Shown one piece after another: positions 45,247-54,439 of a DNA stretch of 64,000 nt; within the stretch, counting starts at the first letter, position 1, and every line of letters starts with the position of its first letter. This DNA is from an uncultured Myxococcales bacterium (GTDB lineage Bacteria; Myxococcota_A; UBA9042; DTJE01). The translations under genes were made by a program, and so were the position numbers. The notes beneath the pieces are model-generated. The model saw nothing but the letters and a program-made list of their open reading frames with translations, searched no databases and was not told the origin of the DNA. The stretch lies in assembly GCA_903857665.1 (NCBI GenBank), contig CAIOFV010000106.1, positions 12,027-76,026 on the forward strand, written 5' to 3'.

Positions 45247-45828
45247 GTGGGCTCGCACGAGCATTCCCGGAATCACTCCGGGCCCGAGCCTCTCGCCGCT
45301 CGCGTGCAGCGCATGACCGGTCTGAACCCGGCGTGCTGCTACCAGTGCGGCAAGTGCTCGGCCGGGTGCCCGATGGCTGCAGAAACCACCCTGCGCCCGC
45401 ATGACGTGATGCGCCTCGTCGCCCGGGACCGGCTGGACAAGCTGGCCGACGCGGACGGCCTGTGGCTGTGCCTGACGTGCGAAACCTGCACGTCGCGCTG
45501 CCCGAACGGCTGCGACCCGGCACGGACGATGGACGCCCTGCGGGAGATCTTCGCGACGGGCAAGGACGGGAAGCCGCCGAAGGCCATTTCCGCGTTCCAC
45601 AAGTCCTTCCTGGCCCAGGTGCGCGCCCACGGCCGCCTGTTCGAGATGGGGCTGATCATGTCGTACAAGCTGGGCGGCGGGCCGATGTTCGCCGACGTGA
45701 CCACGACCCCCAGCGTGCTGGCGCGCGGCAAGCTGGGCCTGGCCCCGCACAACGTGAAGGGGCTGGACGAGGTCCGGCGGATCTTCGACGCCTGCGCGGC
45801 CGTCGCAGCCGAGGAGGAAGGACGATGA
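45247..45828 (+). CDS. hdrC: Heterodisulfide reductase subunit C
   Basis: CYQCGKCSAGCP and WLCLTCETCTSRCP; GTG follows GGAGG. Confidence 0.92.
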   Translation: MGSHEHSRNHSGPEPLAARVQRMTGLNPACCYQCGKCSAGCPMAAETTLRPHDVMRLVARDRLDKLADADGLWLCLTCETCTSRCPNGCDPARTMDALREIFATGKDGKPPKAISAFHKSFLAQVRAHGRLFEMGLIMSYKLGGGPMFADVTTTPSVLARGKLGLAPHNVKGLDEVRRIFDACAAVAAEEEGR

Positions 45829-46754
45829 CGAAGATCGGCTACTTCCCCGGCTGTTCGCTGCACGGGCTGTCCCGCGAGTACGAGGAAAGCCTGAAGGCGA
45901 TCGTCGCGGGCCTGGATACGGAACTGGTCGAGGTCGACGACTGGTCCTGCTGCGGCGCCTCGTCGGCGCACGGCACCAGCCACCTCCTCGCGGTCACCCT
46001 CCCCGCCCGCAACCTCGCCATCGCGGAATCGCAGGGCCTGCCGGAAGTGCTGGCGCCCTGCGCCGCCTGCTACGCGCGCCTGGCCTCGGCCCGGCACGAG
46101 ATCGAAGGCGACACGGACCTGGCCGGCCACGTGAACCGGATCCTGGTGCGCGACTTCAAGAACACGGTGAAGGTCCGCAGCATCCTGGAGGTGCTGAAGG
46201 GCCAGGTCGCCACCATCAAGGCGAAGGCGACGAACCCGCTGAAGGACCTGAAGGTCGCCTGCTACTACGGCTGCCTGCTGGTCCGGCCCGTCGAGGTCAC
46301 CGGCGGCTACGACGATCCGGAAGACCCGTCCTCGATGGAGGACATCTGCAAGGCCGCGGGCGCCGTGCCGGTCAAGTGGAACCGGCGCCTGGACTGCTGC
46401 GGCGGCGGCATGAGCATGTCCCGGACCGGCTCGGTCGTGCGCCTCAGCGCGGCGATCCTGAAGGACGCGAAGGCCGCGGGCGCCGACGCGGTCGTGGTCG
46501 CCTGCCCGATGTGCCACAGCAACCTCGACTTCCGGCAGAAGGCCATGCAGCAGCGCGGGGCGTGGGAAGGCGACATGCCGGTGCTGTTCCTGACGCAGGT
46601 GGTCGGCCTTTCGATGGGCATCGACCCGAAGACGCTCGGGATGGGACGGCACTTCGTCAGCACGAACTCGGTGATGGCGCGAACGGCGGGTACGGGCTCG
46701 GGTGCGGGTACGGGGACGAACAAGGCGACGGCTGTGGCCGGGGAGGTGGGCTGA
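45825..46754 (+). CDS. hdrB: Heterodisulfide reductase subunit B
   Basis: YFPGC, two CCG motifs (WSCCGA, LDCCGG), YYGCLL and CPMCHSNLD. Confidence 0.94.
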   Translation: MTKIGYFPGCSLHGLSREYEESLKAIVAGLDTELVEVDDWSCCGASSAHGTSHLLAVTLPARNLAIAESQGLPEVLAPCAACYARLASARHEIEGDTDLAGHVNRILVRDFKNTVKVRSILEVLKGQVATIKAKATNPLKDLKVACYYGCLLVRPVEVTGGYDDPEDPSSMEDICKAAGAVPVKWNRRLDCCGGGMSMSRTGSVVRLSAAILKDAKAAGADAVVVACPMCHSNLDFRQKAMQQRGAWEGDMPVLFLTQVVGLSMGIDPKTLGMGRHFVSTNSVMARTAGTGSGAGTGTNKATAVAGEVG

Positions 46755-48775
46755 TGGCTCGCATCGGAGTCTTCGTCTGCCACTGTGGCGAGAACATCGG
46801 GCGCACGGTCGATTGCCACGCCGTCGCGGAGGGCTGCAAGGACGTGCCCGGCGTCGTGCACAGCGTCGATTACAAGTACATGTGCAGCGACCCGGGCCAG
46901 CAGATGGTCAAGAAGGCCATCGAGGAGAAGGGCCTGACGGGCGTCGTGGTGGCGGCGTGCAGCCCCCACATGCATGAAAAGACGTTCCGCCGCGCGGCGG
47001 CGGGCGCCGGCCTGAACGCGTTCCTGTGCGAGATGGCCAACGTCCGCGAGCACTGCTCGTGGATCCACGAGGACCGGGAAAAGGCGACCGTGAAGGCGAT
47101 CGACATCACCCGGACCATCATCGAGAAGGTCAAGCACAACGTCCCGCTGTCCACGATCCGCATCCCGGTCACGCGCCGGGCGCTGGTCATCGGCGGCGGC
47201 ATCGCGGGCATCCAGGCTGCGCTGGACATCGCCGACGGCGGCCGGGAAGTCATCCTGGTCGAAAAGGGCCCGTCCATCGGCGGCCACATGTCGCAGCTGT
47301 CGGAAACCTTCCCGACGCTGGACTGCAGCCAGTGCATCCTGACGCCGCGCATGGTCGAGGTGTACCAGCACCCGCGCATCAAGCTGTACGCGTACAGCGA
47401 GGTCGAGAGCGTCGAGGGGTACATCGGCAACTTCAAGGTCACGGTGCGCCGCAAGGCCCGCAGCGTGGACGAGGAGAAGTGCAACGGCTGCGGCGCCTGC
47501 ACGCAGGTCTGCCCGAACAAGAAGATCCCCAGCGAGTTCGACTGCGGCCTGGGCAAGCGGACGGCGATCTACGTGCCGTTCCCGCAGGCGGTGCCGAACC
47601 TGCCGACCGTCGATCGCAACAAGTGCCTGCTGTTCATGAACCGCGCGAAGGGCCGCCCGGACACGTGCAAGAAGTGCGCTGAGGCGTGCGAAAAGGGCGC
47701 CATCGACTTCGACCAGCAGGACCGGCTGATCACCGAGGACGTCGGCGCCATCGTGGTGGCCACGGGCTACCAGTTGTACACGATCGGGAAGGACCAGCCG
47801 AAGGACAACCTGAAGGGCTACGGCGAGTATGGTTACGGGACCATCCCGGACGTGATCGACGGCCTGCAGTTCGAGCGGCTGGCGTCCGCCTCGGGCCCCA
47901 CGTCGGGCAAGATCCTGCGCCCGTCCGACGGGAAGGTGCCCAAGCGCATCGTGTTCCTGCAGTGCATCGGCTCCCGCGACCCGCAGAAGGGCATGGAGTA
48001 CTGCAGCAAGATCTGCTGCATGTACGTGGCCAAGCACACGATGCTGTACCACCACAAGGTCCACGACGGTGTTGCGACGGTGTTCTACATGGACATCCGC
48101 GCCGCCGGAAAGGGCTACGAGGAGTTCAGCCGGCGGGCCATCGAGGAGGAGGGCGCCCAGTACATCCGCGGCCGCGTGTCGCGGATGTGGCGGGAAGGCG
48201 ACGTCATCAAGATCCTCGGGTTCGACACGCTGGAAGGCGAGCCGATCGAGATGGACGCCGACATGGTGGTGCTGGCGACCGCGATGCGTCCCCAGCCCGG
48301 CATCGACGTGCTGGCCCAGAAGCTGTCCGTGTCCTACGACCAGCACGGGTTCATCAACGAGGCACACCCGAAGCTGCGGCCGGTCGAAACGAACACCGCC
48401 GGCATCTACGTGGCGGGCGCCTGCCAGGCCCCGCGCGACATCCCCGACGCGGTCGCGATGGCCTCCGCGACGGCCTCGAAGGTGCTGGGCCTGTTCGCCA
48501 ACGAGATGCTGGAGCGGGAGCCGACCGTCGCACGCGTGGACGAGGGCACCTGCGCCGGCTGCTTCCACTGCGAGCGCGTCTGCGCATACGGCGCCGTCGA
48601 GCACAAGGACATCAAGGACCGCGCGGGCAACGTGGTGCGGGTCATCGCCTACGTGAACCCGGGCGTGTGCCAGGGCTGCGGGACGTGCGAGGCCACCTGC
48701 CCGTCGAAGAGCGTCGAATTGCAGGGCTTCACCGACGAGCAGATCTGGTCCGAGATCCAGGCCCTGGGGGTTTGA
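46754..48775 (+). CDS. hdrA: Heterodisulfide reductase subunit A
   Basis: IGVFVCHCG, VAACSP..HE, N.REHCSW, GGGIAG, FPTLDC, CSKICCMY..K, and inserted and C-terminal ferredoxin domains. Confidence 0.96.
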   Translation: MARIGVFVCHCGENIGRTVDCHAVAEGCKDVPGVVHSVDYKYMCSDPGQQMVKKAIEEKGLTGVVVAACSPHMHEKTFRRAAAGAGLNAFLCEMANVREHCSWIHEDREKATVKAIDITRTIIEKVKHNVPLSTIRIPVTRRALVIGGGIAGIQAALDIADGGREVILVEKGPSIGGHMSQLSETFPTLDCSQCILTPRMVEVYQHPRIKLYAYSEVESVEGYIGNFKVTVRRKARSVDEEKCNGCGACTQVCPNKKIPSEFDCGLGKRTAIYVPFPQAVPNLPTVDRNKCLLFMNRAKGRPDTCKKCAEACEKGAIDFDQQDRLITEDVGAIVVATGYQLYTIGKDQPKDNLKGYGEYGYGTIPDVIDGLQFERLASASGPTSGKILRPSDGKVPKRIVFLQCIGSRDPQKGMEYCSKICCMYVAKHTMLYHHKVHDGVATVFYMDIRAAGKGYEEFSRRAIEEEGAQYIRGRVSRMWREGDVIKILGFDTLEGEPIEMDADMVVLATAMRPQPGIDVLAQKLSVSYDQHGFINEAHPKLRPVETNTAGIYVAGACQAPRDIPDAVAMASATASKVLGLFANEMLEREPTVARVDEGTCAGCFHCERVCAYGAVEHKDIKDRAGNVVRVIAYVNPGVCQGCGTCEATCPSKSVELQGFTDEQIWSEIQALGV

Positions 48776-48812
48776 CGCAAGCCGGAGGGGCGTGACGCCC
48801 CGGGAGGTACCG

Positions 48813-49379
48813 ATGGACTCCACGACCCCCGCCACCGCGGGCGGGTTCGAGCCGCGGATCACCGCCTTCGTGTGCAACTGGTGCACGTACACGGGCGCCG
48901 ACCTGGCGGGCACCAGCCGCCTGCAGATGGCGTCGAACGTGCGCATCATCCGCCTGCCGTGCACCGGGCGCATCGACCCGATGTTCATCACCAAGGCGTT
49001 CGAGCGCGGCGCCGACGGCATCATCGTGAGCGGCTGCCATCCGGCGGACTGCCACTACAACGCCGGCAACTACCACGCGCGCCGCCGCTTCGCGATCTTC
49101 CGCGAACTGATGGACTTCCTGGGCGTGGACCCCAGCCGCATCACGTTCAGTTGGGTGTCCGCGTCGGAAGGCGCCAAGTGGCGCGACGTGGTCAACGATG
49201 CAGTGACCCGCGTCCGGGCGCTGGGCCCGTTCACGGCCTATCGCAACATGGTCGTGGTTCAGGCCACGGCGCCCAAATCGTCCTCGCCCGAGCACGCAGG
49301 CGAAGGCGAGGGATTGCCCATGCAATCTCTTGCCGCAGACGGAGTCGCCCCCGGCGCCTCCAAGGAGGTGACGGCATGA
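48813..49379 (+). CDS. flxD: MvhD-type [2Fe-2S] subunit (FlxD) with a repeat-derived C-terminal tail
   Basis: FVCNWCTY.GAD, RLPCTGR, GCHPADCHY..GN, WVSASEG; position within hdrCBA-flx. Confidence 0.9.
   Translation: MDSTTPATAGGFEPRITAFVCNWCTYTGADLAGTSRLQMASNVRIIRLPCTGRIDPMFITKAFERGADGIIVSGCHPADCHYNAGNYHARRRFAIFRELMDFLGVDPSRITFSWVSASEGAKWRDVVNDAVTRVRALGPFTAYRNMVVVQATAPKSSSPEHAGEGEGLPMQSLAADGVAPGASKEVTA
49286..49355 (-). repeat. 70-bp palindromic dispersed repeat, copy 4, inside the flxD reading frame
   Basis: Reverse complement reads GCCGGGGGCGACTCCGTCTGCGGCAAGAGATTGCATGGGCAATCCCTCGCCTTCGCCTGCGTGCTCGGGC. Confidence 0.9.
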
Positions 49380-50248
49380 CCGAGTTGCGCGAACTGGCGC
49401 GCCGCCTGCTGTCCGAAGGGACGGTCAACGCGGTGCTGGGCTGGGAGGAAGGCCCCCGGGGCGCCCGGCCGGCCTTCGTCACCACCCCGGATGGCGCCGA
49501 CCGCCTGATCTTCGATCACCGCTGCGTGCACAACCTGGCGTCCTACCTGTCCCCCCGGCGCCCGCACCTGAAGCGCCTGGGGAAGGTGGCGATGGTGCTG
49601 AAGCCCTGCGACGCCCGGGCCGTGGCCGGCCTGATCCGCGAAACGCAGGTCCCGCGGGAGAACGTCGTGCTGATCGGCGTGCGCTGCGGCGGCGTCGTGA
49701 CCGACCCCGATTCCGACGCGACGCTGTCGGAGGCGACCGTCGCCGATCGCTGCCGCGGATGCCCCGATCGCGAAGGCAAGCTGGCCGACCACACGGTGGG
49801 AACGGCGGGACCCGGCTTCCCCGGCCCGTCGCACCGCGCCCAGAAGATCGAGGAACTGGCGGCGAAACCCGCGGACCAGCGCTGGGCCTTCTGGCAGGCG
49901 GAACTGGAAAAGTGCGTGCGCTGCCACGCCTGCCGGCAGGTCTGCCCGATGTGCTTCTGCGACCGCTGCCTGGCCGACAAGACCCAGCCCCGCTGGATCG
50001 AGTCGAGCCCCCACGCCCGCGGCAACATGGCGTGGCACGTGGCGCGGGCGATGCACCTCGCCGGCCGCTGCGTGGACTGCGGCGAGTGCGAACGGGTCTG
50101 CCCGCAGGGGATCCCCCTGGGCCTGATCACGCGCAAGATCGCTTCTGTCGTGGCCGAGCGGTATGACTTCCGCCCGTCCGACGACCCGGCCGTGCCCGCT
50201 CCGGTGGGCACTTATCGCATGGACGACCCTCAGGAGTTCATCCTGTGA
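49376..50248 (+). CDS. flxC: FlxC-type Fe-S subunit
   Basis: LKPCD.R, CVRCHACRQVCP, RAMHLAGRCVDCGECERVCP; ATGA overlap. Confidence 0.85.
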   Translation: MTELRELARRLLSEGTVNAVLGWEEGPRGARPAFVTTPDGADRLIFDHRCVHNLASYLSPRRPHLKRLGKVAMVLKPCDARAVAGLIRETQVPRENVVLIGVRCGGVVTDPDSDATLSEATVADRCRGCPDREGKLADHTVGTAGPGFPGPSHRAQKIEELAAKPADQRWAFWQAELEKCVRCHACRQVCPMCFCDRCLADKTQPRWIESSPHARGNMAWHVARAMHLAGRCVDCGECERVCPQGIPLGLITRKIASVVAERYDFRPSDDPAVPAPVGTYRMDDPQEFIL

Positions 50249-51300
50249 GCACGACCACCTTCATCCGGACCGGGGACCTCAAGGGGCTCGTCGCCGATCT
50301 GAGGGCGGCGGGCGTTGGCGTGGCGGGACCGGCGCGGACCAGCGACGGCGCGGTGGACTACCGGTCCATCACCGCGTTCGACGACGTGGTCCTGGACGCC
50401 CAGCCGCGCAACTCGCTGAAGCAGTTCTTCCTGCCGCCCACGGAACCGCTGTTCAAGTACCAGCGGAAGGGCAGCGACGTGGCGATCCTCGAGATCTCCG
50501 CGACGTTCCCGCCGCGGGTCATCGTGGGCGCACGGCCCTGCGACGCGGCGGCGGTGGACGTGCTGGACCACGTCATGAACTGGGACTACAAGGACGAACC
50601 CTGGTTCGGCCGCCGCGAGGCGACCACCATCGTGACGTTCGCGTGCCCCGGCGGCGACCGGTCCTGCTTCTGCACCGCGGTGGGACTGGGCCCCGACGCG
50701 ACCCGCGGCAGCGACCTGCTGCTGGTGCCGGCCGGCGACGGGTACTACGTCGAGGTCGTCACCGAAAAGGGCAAGCGCCTGGTCGATGCGTACCCGAAGC
50801 GCTTCGGCGCAGGGGCGGGCGTGGACGCCACGCTGTCGTACCGGGAGAAGGCGCGGGCCAGCGTGGAAGGCCACGTACCGGCGCGCCCGGACGTGATCCG
50901 CCAGTGGGTGCAGGAGCACTTCGAGGACCCGTTCTGGGCGGACATCTCGCTGCGCTGCCACGGCTGCGGCGGGTGCGCGGCGGCCTGCCCGACCTGCCAC
51001 TGCTTCGACATCGTGGACGAACCGGAAACGCTGACGGAAGGAACGCGCCGGCGCAACTGGGACACCTGCCAGACGTCCGTGTTCACCGCCCACGCCTCGG
51101 GCCACAACCCCCGCGCCGACCAGTGCGGTCGCTGCCGGCAGCGCGTGAACCACAAGTTCGCAATCTACCCGGCGCGCTTCAACGACATCCTGTGCACGGG
51201 TTGCGGGCGCTGCGCCCGGACGTGCCCCGCCGGCCAGGACGTGACCGAAATCCTGAACCGGATCGTGGCGATGGCCACCGGCCAGGGAGGTGCCGCATGA
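50245..51300 (+). CDS. flxB: FlxB-type (AsrA-like) Fe-S subunit
   Basis: GARPCDA, CFC..VG, CHGCGGC..CPTCHCF, CTGCGRC..TCP. Confidence 0.87.
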   Translation: MSTTTFIRTGDLKGLVADLRAAGVGVAGPARTSDGAVDYRSITAFDDVVLDAQPRNSLKQFFLPPTEPLFKYQRKGSDVAILEISATFPPRVIVGARPCDAAAVDVLDHVMNWDYKDEPWFGRREATTIVTFACPGGDRSCFCTAVGLGPDATRGSDLLLVPAGDGYYVEVVTEKGKRLVDAYPKRFGAGAGVDATLSYREKARASVEGHVPARPDVIRQWVQEHFEDPFWADISLRCHGCGGCAAACPTCHCFDIVDEPETLTEGTRRRNWDTCQTSVFTAHASGHNPRADQCGRCRQRVNHKFAIYPARFNDILCTGCGRCARTCPAGQDVTEILNRIVAMATGQGGAA

Positions 51301-52127
51301 ACGTCTACCAGCCCTTCCGAGTCCGCGTCGAGGAGAAGATCGCCGAGACCGCGGACACCCAGACCCTCAAGCTGCGGTTCCTGGACGAGGACGTGGCGAA
51401 ATCCTTCGACTTCAAGGCCGGCCAGTTCGGCGAGTACTCGGTGTTCGGCGCCGGCGAATGCACCTTCTGCATCGCGTCGTCGCCCACCCGCAAGGGCTAC
51501 ATCGAGTGCAGCTTCAAGACCGTGGGCAAGGTCACCAACGCGATGCGGGACGTCGAGGTCGGCGACGTGATGGGCTTCCGAGGCCCCTACGGGAACGCCT
51601 TCCCGATGGAAAAGATGCACGGTGGCAACGTGGTGTTCATCGCCGGCGGCATCGGCCTGGCCCCCGTGCGCTGCGTGATCTGGAACGTGCTGGACGAACG
51701 GGACAAGTACAAGGACGTGACGATCGTCTACGGCGCCCGCACGGTGGCCGACCTGGTCTACAAGCGGGAACTGGAGGACTGGGGCAAGCGGCCGGACGTC
51801 AAGCTGTGGACCACGGTGGACCCGGGCGGGGAAACGCCCGACTGGAAGGGTTCGGTCGGGTTCGTGCCGGCCATCGTCGAGAAGGCGGCCCCGAAGGCCG
51901 ACAATTCGTGGGCCGTGGTCTGCGGGCCGCCCGTGATGATCAAGTACACGATCCCCGTGCTGAAGAAGATGGGCTTCACCGAGGACCGCATCCTCACCAC
52001 GCTGGAAAACCGCATGAAGTGCGGCATCGGCAAGTGCGGCCGCTGCAACATCGGCCCCGTGTACGTCTGCAAGGACGGGCCGGTGTTCACCGCGCAGGAA
52101 ATGGCGAAGCTGCCCAACGAGTTCTAG
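51297..52127 (+). CDS. flxA: FlxA-type (AsrB/PyrK-like) FAD/NAD(P)-binding subunit
   Basis: GQF, RGPYGN.F, AGGIGLAP, VCGPPVM, LENRMKCGIGKCGRCNIG...CKDGPVF. Confidence 0.9.
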   Translation: MNVYQPFRVRVEEKIAETADTQTLKLRFLDEDVAKSFDFKAGQFGEYSVFGAGECTFCIASSPTRKGYIECSFKTVGKVTNAMRDVEVGDVMGFRGPYGNAFPMEKMHGGNVVFIAGGIGLAPVRCVIWNVLDERDKYKDVTIVYGARTVADLVYKRELEDWGKRPDVKLWTTVDPGGETPDWKGSVGFVPAIVEKAAPKADNSWAVVCGPPVMIKYTIPVLKKMGFTEDRILTTLENRMKCGIGKCGRCNIGPVYVCKDGPVFTAQEMAKLPNEF

Positions 52128-52221
52128 GCCCGGTACCCCCCACACGACATCGGCCCCACATTCCGTGCCCCCACCCGACACCCGAAGGAGTATTGTCGGC
52201 CAACGCCCTGTGGTGACCGGA

Positions 52222-52677
52222 ATGAGCGCTCGCCTGGCCTGGATTGCCGTCGCCGTTGCACTCGCGTTCGCCGTGTCGATGCCCGACGGCACGGCCCTGG
52301 CCCGCGGCGGCCGCCACGGGTCGTACCACGCGACGTCCTCCCATTCCTCGCACTCGGGCAGCCACTCGGGCGGGCACACCGGACGGGTGTCATCGGGCCG
52401 GTCCCGGGGTTCGCACGCCACGCATTTCCACGCGACGGCGTCACACGGCTCGTCGGTGCGGCGGGACAGCAACGGCCGCATCCACCGATCCCAGTCGGCG
52501 AAGAAGGCGTTCCTGCACCAGCATGGACTGACGCACGTCCCGAAGGGGCAGCAGGTCGATCACAGGGTGCCGCTGTGCGCGGGGGGATCGGACGCCCCTT
52601 CGAACATGCAACTGATTTCGACGTCGGCGCATCGCGCCAAGACGCGAGGGGACGTGCGCCGATGCCGCCGCCGGTAG
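52222..52677 (+). CDS. Secreted small HNH-motif protein with a Ser/His/Gly-rich linker
   Basis: Signal peptide (ALA), low-complexity SHG region, then VDHRVPL..GGSD.PSNMQ....H..KT. Confidence 0.65.
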   Translation: MSARLAWIAVAVALAFAVSMPDGTALARGGRHGSYHATSSHSSHSGSHSGGHTGRVSSGRSRGSHATHFHATASHGSSVRRDSNGRIHRSQSAKKAFLHQHGLTHVPKGQQVDHRVPLCAGGSDAPSNMQLISTSAHRAKTRGDVRRCRRR

Positions 52678-52707
52678 GCCTTCGCCCGCGGACGCGGCAT
52701 CCACAGG

Positions 52708-54288
52708 CTACTTCGCGTCCCCGGGACAGCCGCCCGGCCCCCGCAGCCGGTACCACGCGTCCTCCTCGGACCCGCCCTCCCGGCAATACAGGCGGCCCAC
52801 CACGTCGACCATGCGGGGGGACCTCTCGTTGAGGAACCGGGCCGCCACGTGCCGGATCGCCAGGTACGGGGGCTTCGCGGACTCCAACTGGTCCGCCATG
52901 CGGTCCCACATCGGCGTGTCGAACTGGTCCACGGCCCAGCCGTTCAGCGGGATCGCCTGGTCGCGGCCCGACAGGTACAGCGCGATCGGGCTGCCGATGA
53001 CGTAGACCGGCCCGGGAACGGCGTCGGGAAGGGACAGCCGCCCCGCCCACTGGCGCCCGAACACGTAGTAGTCCTGCATGTGGTCCTGCAGCGCGATGCG
53101 GCCGAAATCGGTCACGCCGAACCCGTTCTGCACGGCGCGGTAGCCCTTGGTCGCCATGCGCTCCAGGGGAAACGCCAGCGCCAGGGCCAGCACCGCCGCC
53201 GCGATCCAGAAGGCGGTTCCGCGTTTCGCAAGCCCCCGGGTCGCCGTTTCGTCCAGGCCCCGGGCCGCCAGCAGCGCCACGGGAGGCAGGAACAGCGTCA
53301 CGTGGTAGGGCCACCAGTGCTGGATGGCGAACAGCGGAAGGGCCACGCCCAGCCAGGCCAGGCATCCCGCGGTCAGGCGATCGATGCCATCGCGGCCTCG
53401 CAGGGACAGCCCGATCGCCGCCAGCACGGCGCCGGCTCCCAGCATGTCGCGGGCATGCGGAGGCATCAGCAGCAGCCGCGACCAGGGCCGTCCTTCGATG
53501 GCGGTGGTCGATGCCGGGTACACGACGGTCGTCCACCAGACCACCGACACGAGGTCCTGCCGGAAGGTGTACGCCAGCAGCAGGCCGACCGGGATCGCGA
53601 GGCCCGCCATCAGCGGCGCGGCCATGGCCAGCAGCGATCGCACAGGCCGCGGGCCCCGCACGGCATCGACGGCCGGGAACAGCCAGAACACCGCGGCCAG
53701 CGGCAGGTACACCAGCTTGAACGCGACCACCACTCCGGTCGCGATGCCGGCCAGCACCAGGCGCCCCGCCCGAGGCTTCGCGGTGGACAGGCACGCCCAC
53801 ATCGTCAGGAACAGCGGCAGCCCGACGAGGGCCTCGACCTGGGTCATGTCCAGCACGTCGTCGGCCGCGTAGTACATCCCCTGGACCAGCAGGGGCGCCA
53901 GGGACGCGACCCAGGGCCGGCGGAGGCGCGGACGCAGGAAGCGCTGCAGCCCCGCGGCAAAGGCGAGGTTCCACAGCAACTCGAACAGGTGGATGCCGAC
54001 CTCGGTGAACCCGAACAGCGCGCCTCCGGCCATGTAGAACAGGTAGATGCCGGGTTGCTTCACGTCCCAGAAGTCGCGGTAGAACACGGAACCGTCCAGC
54101 AGCTCGCGCCCGCCCACGGTGAACAGCGCCTGGTCGCCGCTGAACGGGAACGCCAGTTGGATCAGGCCCAGCAACGCGACCGCGGCCAGCGCGACCAGGT
54201 CCAGGCCCGACGGCCAGCCGGAGGAGCGGCCGGTGATGGAAGGGGGGGCGACGGAGTGAGGTTCGGAAGCCACCGGGCAGCATCCCAT
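52708..54288 (-). CDS. Polytopic membrane glycosyltransferase (GT-C, ArnT/PMT-like)
   Basis: Luminal loop DQALF...YRDFWDVKQPG followed by many TM helices; the start codon is uncertain. Confidence 0.72.
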   Translation of the reverse strand: MGCCPVASEPHSVAPPSITGRSSGWPSGLDLVALAAVALLGLIQLAFPFSGDQALFTVGGRELLDGSVFYRDFWDVKQPGIYLFYMAGGALFGFTEVGIHLFELLWNLAFAAGLQRFLRPRLRRPWVASLAPLLVQGMYYAADDVLDMTQVEALVGLPLFLTMWACLSTAKPRAGRLVLAGIATGVVVAFKLVYLPLAAVFWLFPAVDAVRGPRPVRSLLAMAAPLMAGLAIPVGLLLAYTFRQDLVSVVWWTTVVYPASTTAIEGRPWSRLLLMPPHARDMLGAGAVLAAIGLSLRGRDGIDRLTAGCLAWLGVALPLFAIQHWWPYHVTLFLPPVALLAARGLDETATRGLAKRGTAFWIAAAVLALALAFPLERMATKGYRAVQNGFGVTDFGRIALQDHMQDYYVFGRQWAGRLSLPDAVPGPVYVIGSPIALYLSGRDQAIPLNGWAVDQFDTPMWDRMADQLESAKPPYLAIRHVAARFLNERSPRMVDVVGRLYCREGGSEEDAWYRLRGPGGCPGDAK

Positions 54289-54439
54289 CGCGGGGGTCGG
54301 ACCCTAGCGTCCGACACAACCCGGAGCCGGTCAAGTCCGCGACGACCGGCCCTCGATCCGGGGGGCCAGTTCTGGTACCGTCGCGATGCCGCGCGCCCCC
54401 GCGTCGCGGTGCATCCGCTGGAATCCACGGGAGCCGACC

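Noticed and set aside
9965-49355. 70-bp repeats as a CRISPR array or integron attC sites
   Set aside because: The copies are kilobases apart in both orientations, with no spacer array and no cas or intI gene, and they lack RYYYAAC/GTTRRRY ends.
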